Position numbers and translations under genes: made by a program
Notes under the pieces: model-generated
What the model was told of the DNA's origin: nothing
Databases searched by the model: none
What the model saw: only the letters and a program-made list of their open reading frames with translations
Shown: positions 22,381 to 32,700 of the stretch, one piece after another
Position numbering within the stretch: position 1 is the stretch's first letter
How the letters are laid out: every line of letters starts with the position of its first letter
Virus record (IMG/VR): IMGVR_UViG_3300018080_008436
Location: 372,001 to 436,000 of that record
DNA length: 64,000 bases
Direction: 5' to 3' (one strand)

Positions 22381-22911
22381 TTAGAAAAGTCCGTTGCCAG
22401 CGATTTTTTCAGATACCTTTGCTCTCAAAGCCTTGACAATTTTCGGATGTAGTTGAGCCATATCTGTAAGTGGTCTCTCCATAGTCCATGATCTAACCAA
22501 TGTCATGAGCCTAACATTTTCAAGCTCTATGAAGTCAGCAAATTGAGCATCTTCAATACTTTGAATGGGCCTGGAGTTCATGATATACTCAGTGTCTTTT
22601 TGACTAGGGTATTTAAAAGTCATATTGAAAGAATGAGTTTTCTTGTCAGTACCTTCATACTCTTCGTCAAAATCTTTGATCACTGGTTCTCTTAGATCAT
22701 CAAGATAATACTCAACATCTATCTCGAAAGTGTCACTTTCTGTAATGAAGATGTCGTCATTGTTATCAACCTTAGGCTTTTCAACTTTTGGCTTTTCGGC
22801 CTTAACTTCCTCGACCTTTGGTTCTTCAACCTTTGGTTCTTCAACTTTAACTTCCTCAACCTTTGGTTCTTCAACCTTTGGCTTTTCAACTGTAGGTTTT
22901 TGCTCGTCCAT
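22381..22911 (-). CDS. Tail assembly chaperone-like paralog with KVEEP repeats
   Basis: Likely start MDEQKP at 22911 (AAAGGA upstream); aligns by eye with 23219-23650. Confidence 0.55.
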   Translation of the reverse strand: MDEQKPTVEKPKVEEPKVEEVKVEEPKVEEPKVEEVKAEKPKVEKPKVDNNDDIFITESDTFEIDVEYYLDDLREPVIKDFDEEYEGTDKKTHSFNMTFKYPSQKDTEYIMNSRPIQSIEDAQFADFIELENVRLMTLVRSWTMERPLTDMAQLHPKIVKALRAKVSEKIAGNGLF

Positions 22912-22943
22912 TTTTTTCTTTCCTTTTTGTCTTCTGCGCCTTC

Positions 22944-23650
22944 TCATATTTCTCTCATCATTTTTGTTCCAGGCTTCATTGTTGACCTGGCCTCAGATTT
23001 GAATTTTTGTGCTTGCGCCTTAGCGTCCAATGCGGCATTCTTTACCCTTTTCATGTAATTATGTTTTTGAATCCATTTATAAGGTAAAGATGCAATATAC
23101 GTGGGAGTCCAGCCATATTCTTCAATAAAGCTGAGTTCCACAAGGTCTCTCATAATATCAGGATCTACAGCAGTTGTTATGGACCCCGTGCTCATAAAAT
23201 AGCCTAACAACTGCTCATCTATTTTTTTTCCTCTTCCTCGCTCAAATAAGTTATCTCATCATAGGCGTTGAGGATAGTTTCGGCAATCTCTGGAGCCAAA
23301 CTTTTAATAGATTTCTCTGTCACTCTAACAGGGACTTGATTACCTTTGTTGTCGGTTGCTGTCGCATCCCAACTATGAATCAATTGGACAAGTCGGTTCT
23401 CTTTGTATAACTTATAATTGAATCGACGGTTTCCTTCCCCGTCCAATTCAATCCCACCTTCTTGTAAGTCATTGTAAAGCCCCCAAGTCAACTGTTTCAT
23501 TTTAACAGTAATCTTCTTCAGCTTTTCCTTATCTTCATCTGTTAGGTCTTCAGAAGTTTTGAACTCTTGTTCTGAGTAGGATTGATAATGCAGTCCTATT
23601 TTTTTGTAGTAGATAATGACATCTACTGTGCTGTCTTCTTTGATAAACAT
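22944..23650 (-). CDS. Tail assembly chaperone G (23219-23650) and -1 frameshift product GT (to 22944)
   Basis: G ends GAA AAA AAA TAG. The -1 frame continues ATA GAT GAG CAG TTG TTA GGC into the 88-aa ORF with YGWTPTYIASLP, typical of the T part. Lies between tube and tape measure. Confidence 0.8.
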
Positions 23651-23691
23651 AGCACAACTTTCTCCTATTGTTATGTGTTGGTATTATACAG

Positions 23692-23719
23692 AAAAAAGCC
23701 CTCTAAAAGATAGAGGGCT
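23692..23719 (-). terminator. Intrinsic terminator after tail tube
   Basis: AGCCCTCTA-tctt-ttAGAGGGCT followed by a T-tract; a second hairpin at 23733-23755. Confidence 0.7.
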
Positions 23720-23786
23720 AGAAATAGAAGGTGGTCCCTTTTTATTAAAGGGACCTTGATAAATTGTGCAAATGAGTAACTTGGTA

Positions 23787-24716
23787 TTATGGGGAAGCAG
23801 AAAGATCCCAAGGGAATCCAGTCTGATGGGTAACTCCCGTAAATCCAACTGTTGAAATGACAGGACCCGTATTCAAGGTAGGTTCTACCCTGTGGAATCT
23901 AACTTTCATTTCGGTTGTTGAAGATCCACCCGTACAATTACTGCTCAATCCAAACTGGAGGGTATGTACTCCGTCTGCACAATAATCTTCGAATGTTTCA
24001 GCCCCGTTAAAGTCTGGTGCATTGTAAACAGAAAGCGTTCCAGAGATCTGTCTGATACCAGGAACAATATCGAATGGGAACAAGTCAGCTTGACCCAAAC
24101 CATATACTGTTTCAATGTTGTTGTTCACGGTGAATTCGAAATTACTGAATTTAATATCAGTCAAAACGGCAGGGATGTCGTTATTTACTGGGTCAGTTGC
24201 ACCGCCAGCAATGATTGTGACGTTGACTTTATCCCAAGTAAGCAACTTTTCCGCATCAGTGAAGTGAGGTGGAGGATTGGAACCAAACGCATTTGCGCTT
24301 GTACCAATAACATCCAAAGAAAACTGAGCAACTTCACCAGCCGCTACTGAAAAATTGAAAGTATTTACAAAGAGGTTTTCAAACAATCTGTCTCTGCTAC
24401 AGAAGTAATAAAGCTGGATATCTTTAGTACTGAGACCACCACAAGCATCGCCTGCGTCATCTCTACCAGCGGCCCATTGGATCACGCTGTCTGTTCCAGA
24501 TAGAAATGTTTCGGTGACGGGTCCGCTAATGCTTCCGCCAACCTCGATTTTACCGTATACGTAGGCATCCCTGTCCCAGTCACCTGAAACAAGGTCGGGT
24601 GCCTCGATTTCTTGTCTTGCAGTGATATTAGCATCGGAGAATCGGAGTTGAGTACCACCGATATCTGCAATACCTCTATAACCTGCATTTACTAAACCAT
24701 TAGCTCCTATTGACAT
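23787..24716 (-). CDS. Major tail tube protein
   Basis: 309 aa with IEVGGSISGP, FNFSVAAGEVAQFSLDVIG, FEFTVNNNIE and GIRQISGTLSVY; strong AAGGAG RBS; directly upstream of the chaperones. Confidence 0.8.
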   Translation of the reverse strand: MSIGANGLVNAGYRGIADIGGTQLRFSDANITARQEIEAPDLVSGDWDRDAYVYGKIEVGGSISGPVTETFLSGTDSVIQWAAGRDDAGDACGGLSTKDIQLYYFCSRDRLFENLFVNTFNFSVAAGEVAQFSLDVIGTSANAFGSNPPPHFTDAEKLLTWDKVNVTIIAGGATDPVNNDIPAVLTDIKFSNFEFTVNNNIETVYGLGQADLFPFDIVPGIRQISGTLSVYNAPDFNGAETFEDYCADGVHTLQFGLSSNCTGGSSTTEMKVRFHRVEPTLNTGPVISTVGFTGVTHQTGFPWDLSASP

Positions 24717-24821
24717 ATCATTTATCTCCTTCTTGTCGCAATTGATTTAAGGTTTCTCCCTAAATCTGCACCAATATTAATTATATTCTCTAACTTTTTA
24801 CAAAATCCCTTTGTTACGATA

Positions 24822-25175
24822 CTAAAATGCCATAGGTGCCCTGTACGACACTCCACTGCTGTATAAATCGGCGGCGTGACCATTGACATAATCGTACAAA
24901 TAGTCCTCTATCATATCATTAATATCTGTATACGCAGAGGCCGTATCGGTTCTTCTCTGCTTAACACCATTCAAGACCAATTCATCCAAACTCATAACCA
25001 AAAGTTCAGGAAGATTAACTCCATCAGTATCTCTTGCGCTTGTTCTAATCCTGAAGTAATAGCTTACCTCAGAAATAAAAGTACCAGCACTTTGTGCGAG
25101 AATATTACCTAAGAAATCAACATTAATCGTTCTGGTGTTGTTAGCTGTCTCATCATATATTCTAAATGTGGCCAT
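24822..25175 (-). CDS. Small virion protein (paralog of 25188-25769)
   Basis: 117 aa, GGAGG RBS, similar N-terminal domain to its neighbour. Confidence 0.55.
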   Translation of the reverse strand: MATFRIYDETANNTRTINVDFLGNILAQSAGTFISEVSYYFRIRTSARDTDGVNLPELLVMSLDELVLNGVKQRRTDTASAYTDINDMIEDYLYDYVNGHAADLYSSGVSYRAPMAF

Positions 25176-25187
25176 TCTCTTTCCTCC

Positions 25188-25769
25188 TTAAGCAGACGAA
25201 CTGCTTGACTCAGATTGAGAACTCATACTCTGAGAACTCATACTCTGAGAACTATCACTTTGAGAACTATCAGACTGAGAACTCATACTCTGAGAGCTAC
25301 TAGATTCACTTTGTGAACTTTCAGATTTTGAACTCATACTCTGCGAACTCATACTCTGCGAACTCATGCTTTGAGTACTTGAGCTATTACTTTGTGAGCT
25401 TCCAGATACTCCACCAGAACTACTTGAACTTTCTGAGTAATTTTCAGATGAAGTCGAGCTTTCTGATTGACTGGATGAACTATCACTTGAAGACTGACCA
25501 TATTCTGCTTGATCAACAAAATATTCAATCCAACCATTAACCAACTCTGTGAAGTCAGCGGCAGGTGAGGAGGCTCCAGGAGCCACATCAGCCAAATCTT
25601 TAATTAAATAGGTAGGAAACGTAGATCCATCAACCTTCCTGATACTCGTAGATATAAGAAGATATGAATCTCTCGTCATCAAACCATCAGACAATATGGC
25701 AGTCTGCAAATTTACAGATACTGTCGAAGTACTGCCATCTTCTTCATGAAATATTTGAACAGTTGCCAT
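25188..25769 (-). CDS. Small virion protein with ~100-aa Ser-rich SSQS(M/D/E) tail
   Basis: 193 aa; C-terminal 15-bp tandem repeats. Confidence 0.6.
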   Translation of the reverse strand: MATVQIFHEEDGSTSTVSVNLQTAILSDGLMTRDSYLLISTSIRKVDGSTFPTYLIKDLADVAPGASSPAADFTELVNGWIEYFVDQAEYGQSSSDSSSSQSESSTSSENYSESSSSSGGVSGSSQSNSSSTQSMSSQSMSSQSMSSKSESSQSESSSSQSMSSQSDSSQSDSSQSMSSQSMSSQSESSSSSA

Positions 25770-25854
25770 GTTTACAACCCCTAAATATAAAGTTTTAAGT
25801 CTTATTCTATATCAAATTGCCGAAACCCTTTCAACAATTTGTTATTTTTCCCCT

Positions 25855-26877
25855 TTAATCACTTGAGCTAGAACATTCGCAATCATCGTCAGGATCAAAG
25901 CAAATAACCTTACGATCATGCTGTGGAAATTCAAGTTCGTTGACTTCCTTACCGAACCAACTAAGTTCTGATGCCCTAAGGACTGCGCTACCCTTTTGCT
26001 TAACCCCAAATGTGACATTGTCTACACGGGCATCATAATAATATCTCTTCATCCTGATTGCTACAGCAAATTCAGACAAAGAAAAATCTGCTTCAAATTC
26101 ATGATCAACTTCCAAACGGATCTCACAATCTATGATATCCCTGTTGATAATCTCGTATCGAGAACACCTTGGAGTCTCATTATCTTGAAAAGAATAATTC
26201 TGACTTTCTGTAGTAATGACAAAGTTCTCTCGATTCTCTTCTGTATCACATACATAAAAGTAAACGTCACCCTCCGATACTGGCCTAGTCATAGGTGCTT
26301 GATAATCATTTATGTTAATGTGCAAACTATAATTGAGTACATCATATACTGCTTTTGAATATTTACTGAGGATTCTCATGCCCTCTTCCGTTTCAACTGA
26401 TTGCCCATAAACAGTAACTGTTATTCTGGACTCTTCTGATAATCCACCTTGAAGGTAAATCCATTCATTCGAAATACTGACAGGTTCAACAGTAATTGCT
26501 ACAGCATCTGTTGGAATAACTTCTCTATCCCCAAAAAGAACATTCTCTTCATAAAGAGGATCATGACCTATTGTCTTCTGTATAAAAGCTCCATCAGAAA
26601 CCAACCAATTATCGATAACATCAGTTGTTAACGTAATCGTTGTCGTATCAACAATCTCTTTAATAACCGCATACTCAAATCTTTGATAATGAGGAGATGT
26701 TTCGTCATTGTAACCATAGTCAATAAGAACTATCTCTTGATTAGGATGGAAGTGAAAAGAGTTCTCTACACTAAGAGTAGTATCGCCAGTTGTCGCATCT
26801 GTTGTTAACTTAGTTTTGGCGATCAATTCTTCTTTGATCAAATCAATTATAGCATCAACTACTCCAGTAATTTCCAT
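25855..26877 (-). CDS. Putative tail terminator / tail completion protein
   Basis: Likely start MEITGVVD at 26877 (TAATG overlap); head-tail position; AITVEPVS...RITVTVY...VYDVLN pattern. Confidence 0.5.
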   Translation of the reverse strand: MEITGVVDAIIDLIKEELIAKTKLTTDATTGDTTLSVENSFHFHPNQEIVLIDYGYNDETSPHYQRFEYAVIKEIVDTTTITLTTDVIDNWLVSDGAFIQKTIGHDPLYEENVLFGDREVIPTDAVAITVEPVSISNEWIYLQGGLSEESRITVTVYGQSVETEEGMRILSKYSKAVYDVLNYSLHININDYQAPMTRPVSEGDVYFYVCDTEENRENFVITTESQNYSFQDNETPRCSRYEIINRDIIDCEIRLEVDHEFEADFSLSEFAVAIRMKRYYYDARVDNVTFGVKQKGSAVLRASELSWFGKEVNELEFPQHDRKVICFDPDDDCECSSSSD

Positions 26878-27092
26878 TATCCAGAATATCCCGTTTTTAT
26901 ATCGCGATACCAATCGCCAAGTCGCAATTCCATATCACCACTTTTCTCTTTTTCAATCTCTTCCATGTTTTTTCTAAGTCTAGACATTGGTTTCAAACGC
27001 CCCTGATCCAATGTATCAAAAGATCCATTGACACAAGATTTGTAAATTTCCATTTTTCTAGCATATCTAGCGAATCTGTTCTTTATCCTCAT
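26877..27092 (-). CDS. Small basic hypothetical protein
   Basis: 71 aa, overlapping both neighbours. Confidence 0.5.
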   Translation of the reverse strand: MRIKNRFARYARKMEIYKSCVNGSFDTLDQGRLKPMSRLRKNMEEIEKEKSGDMELRLGDWYRDIKTGYSG

Positions 27093-27787
27093 GGAGACTC
27101 CCTTCCAAATTGAATATCATCAGTAGGTGTTTTGTAAGAATCAAATAAACTATGTCTTGCGAATCTCTTGCCAACATGTTCTTGACCCATCAAGATCACA
27201 TTTCCAGTAATAATACTGTCCATAGAAAACATAGCAAGCTTTCTTTGCTCTGTTCCGTACTGAGAGACATCTGGAGACTGTTCTGCGGCAAATAGGCGGT
27301 CATACGCATACGATACGGCCAATCTAGCTGTAACCAAAGGAATAGGATCTGGATATTCCAATATGCTGATTAAACTATCAGCGTCATAACTGGAAGTAAC
27401 TGAGTTCAGAATCAATTGATCTAAATTAGGAATTGATTCAATAACCGCTTCTTCATAATCACATTCACTTTGAAGTCTAACTAACTGACCTTTGGCGAAT
27501 GGCCCAGTATCATGAACTGAAACTTTTACATTTGTTCCAGAAGAAACATTATTGAGGATCTCTGTTTCATGGATTTTGATTCGCCTCAATGGACATACAT
27601 ATATTGGGCGAAGTCTTGCGTCAACTTCCTGTTGGGCAAACTTAATGAATTCGCAAATCTGATCTGGAGTAAATTTACTCCTATTTGTATTATCACATTT
27701 GCCAGGAACAGGAGTTCCTATGTTTCTGTCGCCAACTGTAACATTCTCAGGTAGTAATGTGATGGCATTTTGAACTGTACAATACAT
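27089..27787 (-). CDS. Head-tail adaptor (Mu gp36/DUF1320-like)
   Basis: MYCTV...AQQEVDARLRPIYVCPL...PIPLVTARLAVSYAY pattern of gp36-like adaptors. Confidence 0.6.
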   Translation of the reverse strand: MYCTVQNAITLLPENVTVGDRNIGTPVPGKCDNTNRSKFTPDQICEFIKFAQQEVDARLRPIYVCPLRRIKIHETEILNNVSSGTNVKVSVHDTGPFAKGQLVRLQSECDYEEAVIESIPNLDQLILNSVTSSYDADSLISILEYPDPIPLVTARLAVSYAYDRLFAAEQSPDVSQYGTEQRKLAMFSMDSIITGNVILMGQEHVGKRFARHSLFDSYKTPTDDIQFGRESP

Positions 27788-27797
27788 ACTTCACTCC

Positions 27798-27848
27798 AAA
27801 AAAAAGCACTCTTGTTATTTATTTCAATAACAGGAGTGCTTTTCCCTA
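27798..27848 (-). terminator. Terminator hairpin overlapping an AGG-N19-GAAAT promoter motif
   Basis: AAAAGCACTCCTGTTATT-gaaata-AATAACAAGAGTGCTTTTTTTT. Confidence 0.65.
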
Positions 27849-27867
27849 TGGAGCTAGGTCTATAGTT

Positions 27868-28083
27868 TTATAGATCGTACAGATAATCCCCGATATTTAT
27901 GAACTCAAAAGCTACATCATTTACTCTGTTCACTTTATCGGTTGTTTCTGAATTCCTTTCACTACATTCACAAATTCCATCATACCAAGGAAAAGTACAT
28001 TGCGTACATAATCCATTCGCTTTTGCCCAAGCGATATGATCTTTAAGATACTTTCGTTTCTCTTTCCGTTCTTGTTTAGTCAT
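27868..28083 (-). CDS. Small Cys-rich (Zn-binding) hypothetical protein
   Basis: CTQC...CEC motif. Confidence 0.5.
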   Translation of the reverse strand: MTKQERKEKRKYLKDHIAWAKANGLCTQCTFPWYDGICECSERNSETTDKVNRVNDVAFEFINIGDYLYDL

Positions 28084-29171
28084 TATTTGTTTTTCTTTTG
28101 GAAATCTGCTTGCGCTCTAATGCAAGAACCCTGAGAAACAGAATAAAATGGACTTTTGGAATGCCTTACTTGCCAGACATCAAATGGAAACTCAGAATCG
28201 TCCAAGCATTCCTTAAACATCTTACAATATCCCTTAGGCATCGAAGTCCCCCCAGAAATTACAATTTCAATTTCACCATCAATCTCTGCGTCTTTGGACC
28301 TAAATTCCTGAGACATATGATGGATAATACGATTGATTGTCTCTTGGTAGTAAATTCTTAAAGCCGCGAGAACTCTATCACTCATATCAAATGATCCAAG
28401 ATCAAGTTTCTTTTCTTTTTGCTTCAGAACTTTACTTGGAGCTACTCCTGTTACTTTTGACGCTTGTTCGTCAATATAATCTCCACTCTTCGTAATTGAG
28501 AATGTGTTTAGACTCATTCCTTTCAAGCAAAGAGCAACATTTGTCATTCCACCTCCGCAACTAATTGCAACGCCAGTCAAAGGCATTTCACCGTCATCAG
28601 TTTTAGCAATAGGAGCGCAGTCATAGGCAACGGCCATACCTTCATTTACAGGTTTGGCATCATATCCCATTTGATCAAAGAAACTTTTAAGAACCATTTC
28701 GTGGAATCTGTTGTCCATATCTCGATCAAGAGGATTGGCAGGAACTGAGAACCTAAGTGGTTCGTTATCTACAATTGGTTCTCCAACAACAGCTTTGATA
28801 ATGTAGAACAACAACTCAGAGGATTCTTTAAGATTTGGATTAAGAATACCATCTTTCATTGGTCGAACAACTTCACCTTTACCAATTGCATTTACAAGTC
28901 TCAAAGCGTCTTCGCCAACGATATAATATTTCTTTCCGACTTTTACATAAAGATAGTCACTTCTATCCAAAAGATCGACAGCTTCTTCTGAAACGTCCAG
29001 TGGATAAAGCATATCTCTATGGAATCTGTTGACAAAAGTTCCATCTTCGGTTTGTCTTGCTACAACGATGTTGCTTGTTCCAACATCAACACCTACTCCA
29101 GGCTTGTACTTCTTTTTACCAGCCTTTTTCTCAACGGGAGTCTCATCTACATCAAGTATATCATCGCTCAT
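28083..29171 (-). CDS. Actin-fold ATPase (MreB/MamK-like)
   Basis: Phosphate-1 GVDVGTSN, connect-1 VNEGMAV, phosphate-2 SCGGGMTNV, SGDYID, adenosine ISGGTSMPKG. Confidence 0.85.
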   Translation of the reverse strand: MSDDILDVDETPVEKKAGKKKYKPGVGVDVGTSNIVVARQTEDGTFVNRFHRDMLYPLDVSEEAVDLLDRSDYLYVKVGKKYYIVGEDALRLVNAIGKGEVVRPMKDGILNPNLKESSELLFYIIKAVVGEPIVDNEPLRFSVPANPLDRDMDNRFHEMVLKSFFDQMGYDAKPVNEGMAVAYDCAPIAKTDDGEMPLTGVAISCGGGMTNVALCLKGMSLNTFSITKSGDYIDEQASKVTGVAPSKVLKQKEKKLDLGSFDMSDRVLAALRIYYQETINRIIHHMSQEFRSKDAEIDGEIEIVISGGTSMPKGYCKMFKECLDDSEFPFDVWQVRHSKSPFYSVSQGSCIRAQADFQKKNK

Positions 29172-29173
29172 TT

Positions 29174-29512
29174 TTAGTCCTCCAGATCAGTTAGTAAATC
29201 GATTGTATTGTTAGTCTGATCATTATCTTTCTTTGTTTCTTTGACTCCACCCAGATCATCAAAGTTAGATGATTTATCACCTCTTTGTATCGTCATTGTT
29301 TTTGCCAATTGGTCCATTGAGGAAGTGTCATCAAATTCATCTTCTTCTTTGGAAGAATCCTTATATATTATACCAGAATTCTTGGGTAAATCTATACCTT
29401 GGGACACTTTATTTGCTATTAAATTAGCCAAAGCTTCGAGGTCAACATTATTGCCCTGTTGATCTTCTTTTGGCAGTTCCGCTGGTTTAGACCTTTTTCT
29501 ATAATCAGCCAT
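29174..29512 (-). CDS. Hypothetical protein upstream of the actin-like gene
   Basis: Likely start MADYRK at 29512 (TAATG overlap); acidic. Confidence 0.55.
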   Translation of the reverse strand: MADYRKRSKPAELPKEDQQGNNVDLEALANLIANKVSQGIDLPKNSGIIYKDSSKEEDEFDDTSSMDQLAKTMTIQRGDKSSNFDDLGGVKETKKDNDQTNNTIDLLTDLED

Positions 29513-29718
29513 TAGAATATCTTTGTTTGTGGTAGTGGGGATTGTTTCTGTTTTTTCTGCCAACCACCAAAATCAAAAATATTTAGGTGATTGCATTTCT
29601 TGTTTCTACACTGGAACGAAAGTGTTTTTTGTTTAAAATCAAATTCTAGGCAAAGGTCATCATCTTTTTGCATAAAAAGATTTGTACAAGCTTCGCATCT
29701 ACAAGCAATTTGCATAAG
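29512..29718 (-). CDS. Small Zn-ribbon protein
   Basis: MQIACRCEAC...CRNKKC; AAAAGGAG RBS before 29718. Confidence 0.6.
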   Translation of the reverse strand, partial: LMQIACRCEACTNLFMQKDDDLCLEFDFKQKTLSFQCRNKKCNHLNIFDFGGWQKKQKQSPLPQTKIF

Positions 29719-29748
29719 GCATCTCCTTTTGGAGATATTATACAAATT

Positions 29749-32700
29749 TTACCAAGCCCCTTCGATACCAACATTCTCTTCTTCAGATGGTGTTTGATTT
29801 TCAGATGGTGTTTGATTTTCAGATGGTGTTTGATTTTCAGATGGTGTTTGATTTTGAGGGGGAGGTTGCTGTTGTTGTGGGTTCCAATAGTGATCATTAA
29901 GATATTTTTCAACAATATTGACCGATCTTTCTAATGTTTCAATCGATCCTTGATTAAATGTAGAAGGATCTTTGCCCAAATAACTCTTTAACACATTCAT
30001 ATGAGATTTAAAATTCCCACTTTCCCCTGCTGAAATCTTTTTTAAGTTAAAAATATGTCGATTTCCCTGAGCTTGATTTCCCTGAGCTTGGGTCAATGTT
30101 TTTAATAAAGCAACATATTCTTTTAAATCGTTAAATGATTCTTGAGTTACTTCATTTATACGATTTGGATCTCCCAATATATCAACAACTTGTTGGGCAG
30201 ATTGTCTTCGTGCAATTAGCTCATTATTTCCAGCCATTTGATTAGATCGTTGCTGTTGTTGTTGTTTAAATTCATTTAATTTAGCAATCACACCATTTCT
30301 GAAGTAATCTAGATTATTCTGGAATTCCTGAGAATTTACATCACCAAATATGTTGAGATTTTCTTGTACGATAGCATCCCCAAGAGTAAAATCGTTAGTC
30401 ATATAATCTATCGCATCATCTGCACTATAACGTGGCATTACTTTTATATCTGTCGTAAACTCATTAAAAGATCTCATTATTAAATGATCTAAATTCTCGT
30501 CAATTATTCGTATAGGTGGCTGTTCTTCAGCAGTCTGCTCTTCAGCAGTCTGCTCTTCAGCAGTTTCTGCACCTTCTGTCACAACAGTAGCTCCATTATT
30601 GATCGCGGTAAAATATGAAAATAGCTTCTGAATTTCATTAAGGTCAAGATTCTGATAGCTACCCATTTTCTTAATAAGATTCTGCAACTCTGTAGTCAAT
30701 TCTACTGTCTGACCGTTTTCAGCGGCCTCAACAATTCTTCTAATGGCACTGGCCGTTTGTTGGTTTGTTAATTTTTCACTGAGTTTATTTAAATAAGAAA
30801 GGACATAGCTTGCCTGCTGTTGATCAACACTCATCGTTGGGTTCTCTTCCAACGTTTCAAGTAGTCTTGTACAATTTGCTTGTTGAGCTAGGGTAACATT
30901 TTCTGAAAGAACTTCAGCAGGAATACCACTTTCTTCTGGTTCAGTCTCAGATTCTGGTTCAGGTTCTGTCTCAACTGACTCAGGAATAGTATCTAAGAAT
31001 CTCAAAATAGCATCTGCTTGAGACTTGGTGATCTTTGTAAATTCCCCTCTTATGAAATCATCTAACCCTGCTACAGTTGAATCAGGAGTGTCTACTGGAG
31101 TTGTGCCAGTTGATCCAGATTCTTCTCCTCCCTCAGGAGCGGTAGGAGCAGTAGGAGTTGTGCCAGTAGATTCATTTCCTCCTGTTCCAGGAGTTGTGCC
31201 AGTAATCTCAGGAGCCGCAATTTTCTCTAACATTTCATTTGAAGACGCAACATTAGGCATTATTCTTGTACCAGTAGGAGTAGATATTTGTTCAGGAGCC
31301 GCAGTGCCTCCAGGCAATGCGACTGGCATATCTGCTCCATCAACAGGTTCCGCTATAGGTATCGGATTATCAATAGTGTGTTTGATTTGTCCAAGGATCT
31401 TCTTGCAAAGCTCAATATTGGCCGCATTCATTCCTGTAACATTTGCACGATTGTTTTCCAAATCTGTCAATGCCGCTCTTATAGATGTTTCATCTGAACC
31501 GATTAGTTGTGCGATGTAATTCATGGTATTCTGGTCAGATCCAGACTCTTCTTCAACTTCTTCAGTACCTTCGGTTTCTTCAGCGCCTTCAGCACCTTCG
31601 GTTTCTTCTCTTTCCCCGCCAAATGTTTCCGCAAAATTCTCTCCCATCAATTCTTTGGTAAAATTGGTATTGAGAATCTTCTGAGCACTTGCTAACATAG
31701 CGTCTGCTTGTTGTTTTAGCTCTTGGATCTTTAATTCATATTCTTCGCCACCATCTCTTCCATGCCATTCTCCTTCAAGGATACCTGCATCTCTAACATA
31801 TCTACCAAAGAAATCAACAAGATTTTCCCAAGATCGTTTCAACCAATCAAGGTCTTCTGTGAATTGTTGATCAACATCCTCTTTATGCCATTGTTCGCCC
31901 TTCTGTTCACCTGGATCAACCAGTTGATAACCTTCTGGGACACCCTGCTTCCCTGTCAAGTTATCCCATGCCCCTCTAAGACGATCTCCGAGGCCCTGTG
32001 CGGTTCGAACGAACACTCTCGACTCTTGATTCAACTTAGCATGTCTAAGCAGAATATTAATCTCCTTAGCGTCATAATAGGCTTGAGGATTGTTGTCTCT
32101 TAGATTCTTAGCATATGAAATGAGTTTCTCAGGTAAAAGTCCATAACCTTCAAGATTGGAAGAAAGACGAATTATGTCTTTTATATAAGCACTAGAAGGG
32201 ACGAGGCTCTGCATGCCACCCATATTGGCCATGTATGCTTCAGCACTATTTAATGTTTGCTCATAAATTACCCGAGCGGCATCGGCATTCTGATTCAACT
32301 GTTGAGCATTATTTTGAATTTCTTCTGTCTGAGTCATCAAAGTATTAACAATATTTTGGAAGATTACTCTGTGCTGTTCTGTCATCATCTGAGCTTGAGG
32401 ATATCTTTTCATGAAATCTGTTAATGTTTGGTCAACATTCAATGAGAAATCATTCAAGCCTGTTTGCATTTCTTCCAATGCGTTATAAATATCTGTATTT
32501 TCTTGAATTGCCGCATCAATTTCACTAGATGGATCTGGCAAATTGGGCTGTTGAGCTATTTTTTTAATTTTCATATTTTTGTTCGCCTTCTTCCACTTTA
32601 AATTCTTGTATCTTGGCGGCAACTTGGTTTTAGCCTTATATCTTGCCTTAAACTCTTCGTCTTTAACGCCATAATGGTCAATCAATTCCATAATCCGTCC

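Noticed and set aside
29782-29853. Tandem repeats as a CRISPR array (also 46363-46439, 15818-15853, 25210-25370)
   Set aside because: There are no spacers; unit lengths are multiples of 3 and lie in frame within proteins.
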